A DNA stretch of 62,013 nucleotides from Acidimicrobiia bacterium (GTDB lineage: Bacteria; Actinomycetota; Acidimicrobiia; Spongiisociales; UBA5794), in the NCBI GenBank assembly GCA_051002015.1, contig JBPCMS010000034.1:1-62013 (forward strand). The letters run 5' to 3'. The translations under genes and the position numbers were made by a program. This document shows positions 17,682-27,600 of this stretch, piece by piece. Positions within the stretch are counted from its first letter, which is position 1, and the number at the start of each line of letters is the position of its first letter. The notes under the pieces were generated by a model that saw only the letters and a program-made list of their open reading frames with translations, did not search any database and was not told the origin of the DNA.

Positions 17682-19174
17682 CCGCTCGAGACCCTGATCA
17701 GGTCAAGCAGCAAACCAGGCGCCACGCCGAGCAGCAGGGTGACGGTGGCGGTCACCAGCATGGGGCCCACCACGAGAGCGCCGGGCTCCGTGACGAACGG
17801 GGAGCGCAGGAGCCCGGTGGTGTCGCCCGGGCCGCCTGCGCTCACGGCCAGCGGCGCGTCGAACAACGCGGAACGCAGGACCCGCAGGTAATAGCCGGCC
17901 GACAGCAGCGTCGAGACGGCCAGGACGACCAACACCGCCCACTGCCCGGCCTCGACGGCACCCACGAACAGGAAGTACTTGGCGATGAAGCCAATGGTCG
18001 GTGGCAGGCCGATGATCGAGAGCGCGCCGACGGCGAGTGCGCCCATCGTCCAGGGCAGCTGCCTGCCGATGCCCCGTAGCTCGCTGGCGAGGGTCCGGTG
18101 GGAGGCCAGGTACACCGAACCCACGGCGAAGAACAGCGTGATCTTGCTGAACGAATGCCCGACCAGGTGCAGGACCGCGCCGGTGCGGCCACCCGGCGAC
18201 AGCAGCGCCATCCCCAGGATCATGTAGGAGAGCTGCCCGATGGTCGAGTAGGCCAGGATGCCCTTGAGGTTGTCCAGGCGCCGCGCGTGCCAGGACGCCA
18301 CCACGATGGTGACCGAAGCCACCACCAGCGTGAGGACACCCAAGCCGAGCTCGGCGACGAGGTCGGTACCGAACACGTCGAGCACGACGCGCAGCACGCA
18401 GAACACGCCGACATTGACGACGGCGACCGCATGCAGCAGGGCACTCACCGGCACCGGCGCCACCATCGCCGCCGGCAGCCAGGAGTGCACCGGCATCAGC
18501 GCCGCCTTGGCGATGCCCAGCAGGTAGAGCCCGTAGACGATCACGAGCAGCGTGCCGCCGGCGTCGGCGTCAAGGATCCCGCCCCGGACGAAGTCGAAGG
18601 TGCCGGCCTCGATGTAGGTCAGCACGATGGCGGGCAGCAGGAAAGCGATGCCGCAGCCGAGCTGGTAGGCCAGGTAGCGCCGGCCCCCCCGTGCGGCCTC
18701 GGGAGTTCCGGTGTGAGTCACCAGGGGATACGTGATGACCGTCAAGGCCTCATAGAACAGATACATCGTGAGGAGGTTGGCGGAGAACGCAACGCCGATC
18801 GTGGCTGCCATCGTCAGACAGAAAAAGGCGTGGAAGCGGGTCAGCGCCGGGTCGGGAGCAGTCCCGAGATACCCCATGGCGTAGACCGTCGTGAGCACCC
18901 ACAAGGCGGCTGCGGTGCCGGCTAGCACGACGCCGAGGGCATCGGCGCGCAACGCGATCGGTGCCTCCGGCAAGAACGTCGACAGCGTGAAGGAGACGGT
19001 GCCGCCGTCGCCCACCGCGGGCACCATGGTCGCCACCAAACCGAGCTGGGTGATGCCGGCGACGACCCCGCACAGCTCGCGGGCAGGCGTGCGATGGCGC
19101 AGCAGCACGACCCCGGCCGCGCCGAGGACCGGCACCAGCAGCGCCAGCAGCGGGGTCAGGCCGGTGACGTCCAT
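17678..19174 (-). CDS. Proton-conducting membrane transporter, NuoN/MrpD-like antiporter-type subunit
   Basis: 498 aa, polytopic, PF00361-type core (LYLFYEALTVITYPLV.., MPVHSWLPAAMVAPVPVSALLHA, AYSTIGQLSYM). Confidence 0.85.
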   Translation of the reverse strand: MDVTGLTPLLALLVPVLGAAGVVLLRHRTPARELCGVVAGITQLGLVATMVPAVGDGGTVSFTLSTFLPEAPIALRADALGVVLAGTAAALWVLTTVYAMGYLGTAPDPALTRFHAFFCLTMAATIGVAFSANLLTMYLFYEALTVITYPLVTHTGTPEAARGGRRYLAYQLGCGIAFLLPAIVLTYIEAGTFDFVRGGILDADAGGTLLVIVYGLYLLGIAKAALMPVHSWLPAAMVAPVPVSALLHAVAVVNVGVFCVLRVVLDVFGTDLVAELGLGVLTLVVASVTIVVASWHARRLDNLKGILAYSTIGQLSYMILGMALLSPGGRTGAVLHLVGHSFSKITLFFAVGSVYLASHRTLASELRGIGRQLPWTMGALAVGALSIIGLPPTIGFIAKYFLFVGAVEAGQWAVLVVLAVSTLLSAGYYLRVLRSALFDAPLAVSAGGPGDTTGLLRSPFVTEPGALVVGPMLVTATVTLLLGVAPGLLLDLIRVSSG

Positions 19175-19186
19175 GTAGCAATCCCT

Positions 19187-20719
19187 CTAGTCGTCGGCGG
19201 CGACGGCAGTCGGTGGGTTTAGCCGGTCGACGAGGTCATCGACCGACGCGCTGGAGTAGTCGAGCAATGCTGTCGGGAAGAAGCCGAACGCCACGATGGC
19301 GACCCCGAGGATGCCAGCGGTGACGGTCTCGCGCGGTCTCAGGTCGGCGGTGGCGTCCACGATCGTGCTGCGGATACGCCCGTGGAAGGCGCGCTCGAAG
19401 AACCCGAGCACGTAGGCGGCGGCGAGGATCACGGTCGTGACCGCAATGGCCACGGGCCAGCCGTGGGCGCGGAAGGCGCCGAGCAGGATGAGGAACTCGC
19501 CGGGGAAGCCGCTGGTGCCGGGCAGCGTGGCCGCACCGAGGCAGGCGATCAGGGCGAATGTCGCCAGCGCCGGGGTGCGCTGCGCCAGGCCGCCCAGGGC
19601 GGCGAGGTCGGTGCTCCCGACGCGCTGGTGGACGAAGCCCGCTACCAGCAGCATCGCGGTCGAGACCAGGCCGAGGTTCACGAGCAGGAACAGCGCGCCC
19701 TGCAATCCCGGGGCGTTGAGGCTGGACAGCCCGAGCATGGCCAAGCCAACATGGCTGACGCTGGCGAAGCCGAGCAGGCGCCGCAGGTTGGACTGGACGA
19801 GCGCGATGAGCGCGCCGTAGAGCACGGCCGCCACGCCGAGGGCGGCGATCAGCCAACTCCATGCTGCGAACGCTTCGGGTACCAGCGGCAGAACGAAGCG
19901 CACGAACCCGAACACGCCCATCTTGAGCCCGCCGAGGAACACCGCCATGCCGATGGGGCCTTCCAGCAGGGTGGTGGGCATCCAGGCATGGAAGGGGAAC
20001 ATCGGGGCCTTCAGGGCGAAGGCGAAGGCGAGCAGGAAGAACACCGCCGTCTGCGTGCCGAGCGGCACCGGCGAGTCCATCAGCACCAGAAGATCGAACG
20101 ACAGCGCGCCCCCGGATCCGGGTGCCGAGCGGTAGCTCACACCGAGCATGATGAAGCCGGCCAGCAGCGCGGCGGATCCCAACAGCATCGACAGCACGTA
20201 GCGCAGCGCCGCCCGGCCGCGCTGCGGCCCGTCACCCCAGACCTTGATGAGCACATAGGTGGGGATCAGCATGAGCTCCCAGAACACGAAGAACAGGATC
20301 AGGTCCACGGCGACGAACACGCCGATGGCGGCGGTCTCGAAGGCCAGCACCGCCATGAGGTACGCCTTGGGCTGGTACCGCACCGCGGTCCACGACGAGA
20401 GCATGACGACGACGACCAGCAGGGCGGTCAGCGGCACGAACAGGACGCTCACGCCGTCGACCGCGAGGTGATAGCTCAACCCGATCGACTCGATCCACGG
20501 AAGCTGCTCGGCGAACTGGAAGTCGGTCGTGTCCCGTTGGAAGCCCACCGTGAGGAGCAGCGACAGGCCGAGCACGGCTACCGCACCCGCCAGTGCCACG
20601 CGGCGCAGGGCGCGGTCCTTGCGTACGAAGCCGAGCGCAACCATGGTGACGACCGGCAGGAACACCAGCGTGGACAGGATCGGGAAGCCGGCCTGCTCGG
20701 CGGCCGTGATCTCGTTCAT
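19187..20719 (-). CDS. NuoM/NdhD-like antiporter-type subunit (paralogue 3)
   Basis: 510 aa. Has LSYHLAVDGVSVLFVPLT, FFVFWELMLIPTYVLI, PFHAWMPT.. and ASVSHVGLAML. There is a 4-nt overlap with the upstream gene. Confidence 0.85.
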   Translation of the reverse strand: MNEITAAEQAGFPILSTLVFLPVVTMVALGFVRKDRALRRVALAGAVAVLGLSLLLTVGFQRDTTDFQFAEQLPWIESIGLSYHLAVDGVSVLFVPLTALLVVVVMLSSWTAVRYQPKAYLMAVLAFETAAIGVFVAVDLILFFVFWELMLIPTYVLIKVWGDGPQRGRAALRYVLSMLLGSAALLAGFIMLGVSYRSAPGSGGALSFDLLVLMDSPVPLGTQTAVFFLLAFAFALKAPMFPFHAWMPTTLLEGPIGMAVFLGGLKMGVFGFVRFVLPLVPEAFAAWSWLIAALGVAAVLYGALIALVQSNLRRLLGFASVSHVGLAMLGLSSLNAPGLQGALFLLVNLGLVSTAMLLVAGFVHQRVGSTDLAALGGLAQRTPALATFALIACLGAATLPGTSGFPGEFLILLGAFRAHGWPVAIAVTTVILAAAYVLGFFERAFHGRIRSTIVDATADLRPRETVTAGILGVAIVAFGFFPTALLDYSSASVDDLVDRLNPPTAVAADD

Positions 20720-22281
20720 CTGCCCACGACCTCCGGTCGACCCATTGTCATCGCGGAACCTGCTGCGTCCTCGACCAGCTGCTCGACAGCCATCAACGAC
20801 GGGCGCATCGTCTGGATGAAGGGGCCGGTGCCGAGACCGATCCAGAAGATGAGGGCGGCGAGGGTGAGCACTATGCCGCGCTCGCGGCCGGTGAGGTCGT
20901 AGACGCGCTCGACCACCGCGGGTCGCGCCGCACCCATAAACCCCCGCTGGAAGTACGACAGCGAGTAGGCGGCCGTAAGGAAGACACCGACACCGGCGGC
21001 GATCGCCATCGACCAGTGCTGCTCGTAGGCGCCGAGCATGACCAGGTGCTCGCCGTTGAACCCGTTGGTACCTGGCAGTCCGATGCCGGCGAGGGCGATG
21101 ATCAAGAACGTGCCGGTCAACAACGGCGCGTGGTGGACCACCCCGCCCAGTTCACCTACCTCGGGCGGGCCGACCCGGGTGAACAGGAACCCGGCGACGA
21201 AGAACAGCCCGGCGCCAACGATCCCGAGGTTGACCATCTGCAGCAGGCCCCCCTCGAAGCCATCGAGGTTGAGCGAGAACAGGCCCAGCATCACCACGCC
21301 CATATGTGACAAGCTGGCGAAGGCCAGGAGGCGACGCAGGTTCGTCTGCCCGAGCGCCAGCAACGCCCCGTACACCGTGCCCGTGACCCCGAGCATCGCC
21401 ATCAGCCAGAACCAGCCGGAGGCGGCGCCGGGCAGGAGCGGGATCACGAAGCGCAAGAGCCCGTAGGTGCCGAGCTTGACGCCGACGAGGAAGACGCTCA
21501 TGCCGACGACGGGGCCGTGCTCGAGCACCTTCGGCAGCCACGTGTGGAAGGGGAAGATCGGCGCCTTGATGGCGAAGCCGAAGAACAGCAGGAAGAATAT
21601 CAAGGTCTGGGCCTCGGCGGGCACGCCGACCTCGAGCAGTTCCAGCAGTTCGAAGCTGTAGCCGTCGCCGGTGATCCGGGCGTGGTTGCGGCCTAACAGC
21701 AGGATGCCGGCGAGCATGAGCGCCGAGCCGACGGCCATGAACACGACGTACTCGCCGGCGGCACGCCGCCGGGCGGCACCGGTGCCCCAGCGCGTGATGA
21801 GGAACCAGCTCGGCACCAGCTCAACCACGAAGAAGAACCAGAACACGACCAAGTCGAGCGAGGCGAAAGCACCGATCATGGCCGCCTCCAGCGCCAACGT
21901 GGCCACCGCATAGGAGCGTGCGTCGCCGGTGCGGCTGCTGGCGGTGGCGTGCTCGGCATAGACGATCACCAGCAGGCCGAGCAGCGCGGTCAGCGGGATG
22001 AACAGCAGGTTGACCCCGTCGACGCCGAGATGCCAGCTGACGCCGAGCACCTCGGCGGAACGCTCGACGAACTGGAGGTCGGCGACACCGGCATTGAACC
22101 GCAGCGCCAGGAAGGCGGCGAGGACAGCCTCGAGCCCTGCGCCGCCGATGGCCACGGTCGTCGCCGCCCGGTCGTTGCGGACGAACTGCAGCACCGCGCA
22201 GATGACGAGCGGCAACGCGATCAGCACCGACAGGATCGGGAAGCCCACCTGCTCGGCGGCCATGACCTCGTCGAGGTTCAT
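20716..22281 (-). CDS. NuoM/NdhD-like antiporter-type subunit (paralogue 2)
   Basis: True start is ATG 22279-22281 (MNLDEVMAAEQVGFPILS), overlapping the upstream stop as ATGA. Has VSWHLGVDGVNLLFIPLT, PFHTWLPKV and ASLSHMGVVML. The ORF-track extension to 23001 is read-through. Confidence 0.8.
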   Translation of the reverse strand: MNLDEVMAAEQVGFPILSVLIALPLVICAVLQFVRNDRAATTVAIGGAGLEAVLAAFLALRFNAGVADLQFVERSAEVLGVSWHLGVDGVNLLFIPLTALLGLLVIVYAEHATASSRTGDARSYAVATLALEAAMIGAFASLDLVVFWFFFVVELVPSWFLITRWGTGAARRRAAGEYVVFMAVGSALMLAGILLLGRNHARITGDGYSFELLELLEVGVPAEAQTLIFFLLFFGFAIKAPIFPFHTWLPKVLEHGPVVGMSVFLVGVKLGTYGLLRFVIPLLPGAASGWFWLMAMLGVTGTVYGALLALGQTNLRRLLAFASLSHMGVVMLGLFSLNLDGFEGGLLQMVNLGIVGAGLFFVAGFLFTRVGPPEVGELGGVVHHAPLLTGTFLIIALAGIGLPGTNGFNGEHLVMLGAYEQHWSMAIAAGVGVFLTAAYSLSYFQRGFMGAARPAVVERVYDLTGRERGIVLTLAALIFWIGLGTGPFIQTMRPSLMAVEQLVEDAAGSAMTMGRPEVVGR

Positions 22282-24695
22282 CGAGTGCCCACGATCAGGG
22301 CCAGGAGCGCCAGCGCCAGGATGCTGCCGATGACCATCGGATGGCCCAGACGCCGCTCGATCGCCAGCAACAGCCGTTGGGCGCTCGCACCTGCGCTCTC
22401 CAGACCGCGCTCCACTCCGCTCTGGAAGACAGCTCGCTCCACGGCGTCGGTGATCCCGGCGATGATTCCGGTCAGCTTCAAGGCGCCGGTGTCGATCGGT
22501 TGGAAGACGGCCCGCTCGATCCTCTCGGCGAGGCCCGCAAACGCGTTGGCGACCGCGCCGAACACGCCACCCGTGTCGGCCGGTCGTTGGAAGACGGCCC
22601 GCTCGATCCGCTCGACGAGGCCGGCAATCACATCGGCGACGGTGCCGAATACGCCGCCCGTGTCGGAGGCGCGCCTGGCGGTGGCGCCCATCCGCGCAAC
22701 GGCACCGCGGGGGTGGTCCTGCCCCGAGTGGACGGCGCCGGTCGCTGCCGGCAGCCAATCGAGAGGCTCGGGCGCTTCGGCGAGTGCGGTGGCCCCGGTC
22801 TGCCGGCTGCGGAGGGCGGCGAACCGCGCCTCCCAGGTTGCGGACAGGGACACGCCTGGCCCAGTTGCCGGCGCCGGCGGTGGGGCGGGGCGGTCGAGCA
22901 CCGCCATGTCGAAGCGTTCGAGGGCGCGGCCCAGCGCCGCTGTCGGAGCAACGATGGCGCGACCGTAGAAGTCGTCGAGGTAGCCGCGGTTCAGCCCCCA
23001 CCAGTACAGGCGGCGCATGGCGGCAGGGCCCGCCGAGGCCGGCAACTCCTCCCGGAAGCGGTCGAGGTAGCGCGGGCCATACCAGCCGGAGAGCAACAGC
23101 AGGGCGATGGTGCCGGTGAAGACCGCGGTGAGGAGCACGTTGCCCAACGGCACGTCGACGCTGCCTGCGGCGACCTGGCCGAGCAGGCGCTGGAACCAGG
23201 AGCCGTCGAGCCCGCCGGGCAGGACGTCGACGGCCAAGCCAAGGGCGACGAGGCCGGCGAGGACGCCAAGGGCCACAACCAGGCGAGCCGTGGGGGTGCG
23301 GCTTGGCCGGCCCGCCTGGTGGGAAGGGCGATCATCGGCGCCATGGCCGGCATCGCTGGCGTGGTCCTCGTCGCCGGTATGACCGGCGAAGGCGACCGCA
23401 GTCATGCGCCGTGTTGAGAAGACCGCGGCGAAGGCCGCCATCACCGCCAGCGCCAGCACCACCCAGAAGTTCCCGGTGAGGCCCCCGGCCGACTGGAGCA
23501 CACGGCCGACCAGAGGTGCCGACAGCAGTCCCGCCGCCGCCACCAGGGCAACTACGGCCAGCGGGCGGGCAGTGCCCGCCGGGCGGCGCACCGCGGTCGG
23601 ATCAGGGCCGCCGTGGAGGTGGTGCAGGATCGACGGCGCGGTCAGGAACAGGTAACTCTTGTAGAAGGCGTGCGCCACCAGGTGGAAGATGGCGACGGCG
23701 TACAGCCCCAGGCCGCAGAACAGGAACATCAACCCGAGCTGCGCAGTGGTCGAGGCCGCCAGCATGCCCTTGATGTCGGTCTGCACGTAGCCGACGAGCT
23801 GCCCGTACAGCGCCGTCACCGCGCCGATGATGCCGACGGCGATCAGCGCGGTCGGCGCCTGGTCGTAGATCGGTGCCGAGCGCACCACGAGATAGACACC
23901 GGCGGTCACCATCGTCGCCGCATGCATCAGCGCGCTGGACGGCGTAGGCCCTTCCATCGCCCGCGCCAACCAGGTCCCAAGCGGCAGCTGCGCCGACTTG
24001 CCGGTGGCGCCGAGGAGGAGCAGCAGGCCGACCCCCTCGACGACGCCCCGCGGTAGGGCTGACGCCTGTGTGAAGACCTCGCCGTACTGCAGCGTGCCGG
24101 TGTGGGCGACCAGGACGAACATCGCGATCAGCAGAGCGGCGTCGCCGACACGGTTCATGAGGAACGCCTTCGTCCCGGCCTGGGCCGAGGCCGGACGGTC
24201 CCGGTAGAAGCTGATGAGCAGGTAGGAGCAGACCCCGACCCCCTCCCAGCCCAGGAACATGACTAGGTAGCTGTCGGCCATGACGAGGACCAGCATGGCG
24301 AACACGAACAGGGACAAGACGGTGAAATAGCGGGTGAAGCCGTGCTCGTTGTGCATGTAGTTGACCGAGAAGCGCGTCACCAGCGCGCTGATGCCGGTCA
24401 CCACGAGCATCATGACCACGCTCAGCGGGTCAAGCAGGAACCCGAAGTCGACGCTGAGGTCGCCGCTGTGGATGAAGCGGTAGATCGTGACCTGGCGCGT
24501 GCCCGGTTGCGCCACCATCGTCGCGGCGAGATACAGGCTGGCAAAGAAGGAGGCGAACACGGTCGCGACCGCGACCCGGGCAACGGTCACGTGCCCGTAC
24601 AGGCGCTCACCGGAGAGGGCGTTCAGGCCGTTGGCCACGGCGGCGCCCAGAGGTAGCGCGAAGACGGCGACGGCAACCAGCTCGAAGGCGCTCAC
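22278..24695 (-). CDS. dabB: NuoL/NdhF/MrpA-like subunit, DabB-type partner of DabA, with long repeat-containing C-terminal extension
   Basis: GTG 24693-24695 overlaps the dabA stop (GTGA). The core is NuoL-like (FGFLLDPLSVVMMLVVTGISALV.., FLGWEGVGVCSYLLI, GKSAQLPLGTWLARAMEGPTP). The distal ~370 aa carry a NuoL lateral-helix-like segment (YLDDFYGRAIVAPT..ERFDMAVLD), three ERAVFQ repeats and a final TM helix. Confidence 0.85.
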   Translation of the reverse strand: MSAFELVAVAVFALPLGAAVANGLNALSGERLYGHVTVARVAVATVFASFFASLYLAATMVAQPGTRQVTIYRFIHSGDLSVDFGFLLDPLSVVMMLVVTGISALVTRFSVNYMHNEHGFTRYFTVLSLFVFAMLVLVMADSYLVMFLGWEGVGVCSYLLISFYRDRPASAQAGTKAFLMNRVGDAALLIAMFVLVAHTGTLQYGEVFTQASALPRGVVEGVGLLLLLGATGKSAQLPLGTWLARAMEGPTPSSALMHAATMVTAGVYLVVRSAPIYDQAPTALIAVGIIGAVTALYGQLVGYVQTDIKGMLAASTTAQLGLMFLFCGLGLYAVAIFHLVAHAFYKSYLFLTAPSILHHLHGGPDPTAVRRPAGTARPLAVVALVAAAGLLSAPLVGRVLQSAGGLTGNFWVVLALAVMAAFAAVFSTRRMTAVAFAGHTGDEDHASDAGHGADDRPSHQAGRPSRTPTARLVVALGVLAGLVALGLAVDVLPGGLDGSWFQRLLGQVAAGSVDVPLGNVLLTAVFTGTIALLLLSGWYGPRYLDRFREELPASAGPAAMRRLYWWGLNRGYLDDFYGRAIVAPTAALGRALERFDMAVLDRPAPPPAPATGPGVSLSATWEARFAALRSRQTGATALAEAPEPLDWLPAATGAVHSGQDHPRGAVARMGATARRASDTGGVFGTVADVIAGLVERIERAVFQRPADTGGVFGAVANAFAGLAERIERAVFQPIDTGALKLTGIIAGITDAVERAVFQSGVERGLESAGASAQRLLLAIERRLGHPMVIGSILALALLALIVGTR

Positions 24696-27600
24696 GACCG
24701 GGTCACCGTCCCGTCGCGCGGGCCGGTGGTCCCGATCAGGACGGGAGGCAGGAATCCCTCCTTGCCGCGGTAGTACTCGTACGAGGTCCCGACGACCGGT
24801 AGGTCGGGGACCCGCTCGTCCCAAGGCACGAAGCCCTCGCCGGCCACGAACCGGGTGAACGTGCCTGCCTGTGGGTCCATCGCCACCAGGTGCACCCACT
24901 CGTTGTCGAGCAGCTCGGCAATCGCCGGCTGGCGCGTGTAGATGTCGCCGAGCACGTCGAGCGTGGCCTCGACGATCAACAGCAGGCGCATCGGCTCGTG
25001 GATCTCGATCATCTGCCGCGGTAGCCCGGTGCGCAGATCGCTGGCCGCCCCCTCCATGACCCCGAGGAGGCCCGACACGTTGTGGGGTACCTTGGTGTCA
25101 CAACCGTAGACCCGGTTGTCGACGCTGGAGAAGTAGTACTCGAGATTGATGCCCGCCCCCACCGGGCCCATGGCGAGCAAGATGCGCTCGACGATGGCGC
25201 CCGTCGGGTCCTGGGTGGGGTCGTAGGAGATGACGAAGCCGCGACGGTCAAAGAACACCCCTTGGGTGAGGCAGCGGCGGCCGACGACGGCGAAGGCGTT
25301 CGTGCAATGGCCCCACTCGGGGCGGACCTGCGACAGGTCGCGGCTTCGACTCTCGACGTGGCGCAGGCCCACGGCCGGGGTGGGGTCCTTGGGCGCCGAC
25401 CCGAACCTCCGGCAACGCTCGCGTGCCGAGTTGGCGCGCGCCTCCTCGAGGTCGGCGCGCAACGCCTCCCACTCCGCAGCGTGGCTGGCGGGGATGTCGG
25501 TGGTGTCGAAGAACACCATCTGGTCGCTGGCGGTGTTGTGGATCGCCCCCACGAAATGCGTGTCGTCGGGGATGTCGATCCCGCGCTCTCGCAGCAGCGC
25601 CCGCACCACCGTGCGGTTGGCCAGCCCGGCGAAGGCGCGGCCGTTGGGACCACCGTGCTTACCGCCGCACGCACCGCAGTCGTGGGCCGACTCGTGGGGG
25701 TTGTTGACAGACACCGACCCGTGCCCGCAGAAGACGACGAGCCGGGCGAAATGGTGGGTCATGCCGATGTTGCGCAGCTGCGCCTCGACGCGGTCGACCT
25801 GCTGGACGGTCTCGAAGCCGCGGCCAAGGTCGTCGTGATCCAGGGTGAGCAGGGTGGGCGGCCTCGGAACGAGCCGGCGGCGCGCCATTTCGGCCAGCTC
25901 GGTCCACCGCCGGGGGGCCAACACGCGGCCGGCCAGCGGCACCGCTTGTACGAGGCCGGTCAACTGGGTGAGGAAGAACGCCGAGACGGCGTTGCGCTTG
26001 GACTCCCAGTAGGTGTTGTGGAAGACCTCCTCCCAGGCACGGAGCGCGCTACGGCGTTCGGCCACGGGGACGGCCTCGGGACGCGGGACCTCCTGGACCC
26101 GGTTCGCCGGGGTCACGTTGGCGGGGCACAGCGGTGTGACCGTGTGGTCGTCGAGTCCGCGGTAGTCCATGGCGACGCCGAAGAAGCCGCCGGCGCCGAA
26201 CGTCTCGTAGCCCGGGTCGAGCTCGTCGAACGCCCGGTGTATGGACTCCTCGCGCTCGTCGATGCAGAACACCACCTGCGCCTTGGGCCGATCCGGGCGA
26301 TCCCGCCAGCGACCGCGTCCGCGGTTGGCGGCGAGCGCGCCCAGGATCTGCTCGCGGTAGTGGCGCTCGAAGGCGGCCAGCCAGACGGGGCGGTGCGCCG
26401 ACTCGGGGAAGCCGTCGAGGACGGCGAGCAGGCGGTCGCGGACCGTCGCCGGAAGTACCCGCACGTCGGCCGCCGACCACCCCTGCAGTTGCGCCAGACG
26501 GAACAAGCGCCACGCGTGGTCATGCGCCCGGAACAGCGGGCGGGCGCCATCGAGCTGCTCGTGATAAGCCCACGCCTTGTCGGCGAGAAGGATCCAGCTT
26601 GCGTCGATCTCACCTCCGACGGGGAGCTCGTGCACGGAACGGGCCAGGAAGGAGGGCAGGGTGCCGGCTACCGCCTCGGCTCGCAGCCAGACCTCGTGCG
26701 GGCGGGCGCGCAAATGAGCGACGAGGTCGGCAGGTTCCAGGTTCCAGGTGCGGCGGGTCACATTCGTGACCAGCTGGACCTCGACGAACAGGCGGACGGC
26801 GAGGTACTGCACAAGGCTGGTGGGTTGAGCCTGTTGCCGAGGAAACTGGGGGTTCGTTCCGCGCCAGTTCATCATTCCGGCCCATCCCGGCAGACCGGTC
26901 AGGACCCGCCCGACGTAGCTGCCCCAGTGCTCCTCGCCGACGCCGAGGCGCATGAGCAGCGCGATGACGGCATCCTCGGGGGGCTCGGGCAGTGCAGCCG
27001 CCTCCTCACGCCAGCCGGGCAGCCCCTCCAGGTCCAGCGCATGGTCGTGCGGCGCGGCTCGGCGCCAACCCTCATAGAAGCCGAGCGTGCGATCCGGCAT
27101 GCGCCAGGCCGCCTGACCGAGGTCGAGAAACGCCGCACAGCGCCGGATGAGGTAGCGGTTGACCCGCTCGACGATGTCCTCGCCGACCAGGGCGTGAACG
27201 AGGTCGGCATGTGTCCGGTCGCGGCCGACGCGGTCGAGTTGGGCGCGGGCCACCGTCTCGAGGTGAGCGGCCAGCCGCCGCCGGGAGTCATGGGTCCGCA
27301 CCTCGTCGGCGAGGGATTGCAGTGCGCTGCTCGTTGCACCGTCGGGCTGGCGCGCCAGGTCGTAGAGCGCGTCGGCGCCCTGGCGCGACAGTCCGCCAGC
27401 GTCGGTGTCCGCCATGACGAACCATGCGGCGCACGCCGCCTCGCGCAGCGGGGGCTCATCGGCGGCGCCGGGCTCGTCGGCGGCGCGGCGGCGCAGGCGG
27501 TCAAGTGTCTCACCGGCGGCGACGCGGACCGACGAGCGAAGGTCGCCGGGCAGGGGCACAGCGGGCCCGCCCCAGCGCTCGATGTCGGCGAGTCCCTCGG

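Noticed and set aside
20716-23001. N-terminal extensions of real genes in the ORF track (20716-23001, 22278-24899, 34144-36090, 1953-3797, 5577-7235, 7487-10072, 7223-8899, 54110-55306, 54595-56175).
   Set aside because: The extended parts overlap the preceding gene or the repeat arrays and translate to low-complexity sequence. Internal starts that give family-typical N-termini exist, often with an RBS or an ATGA/GTGA overlap to the upstream stop.
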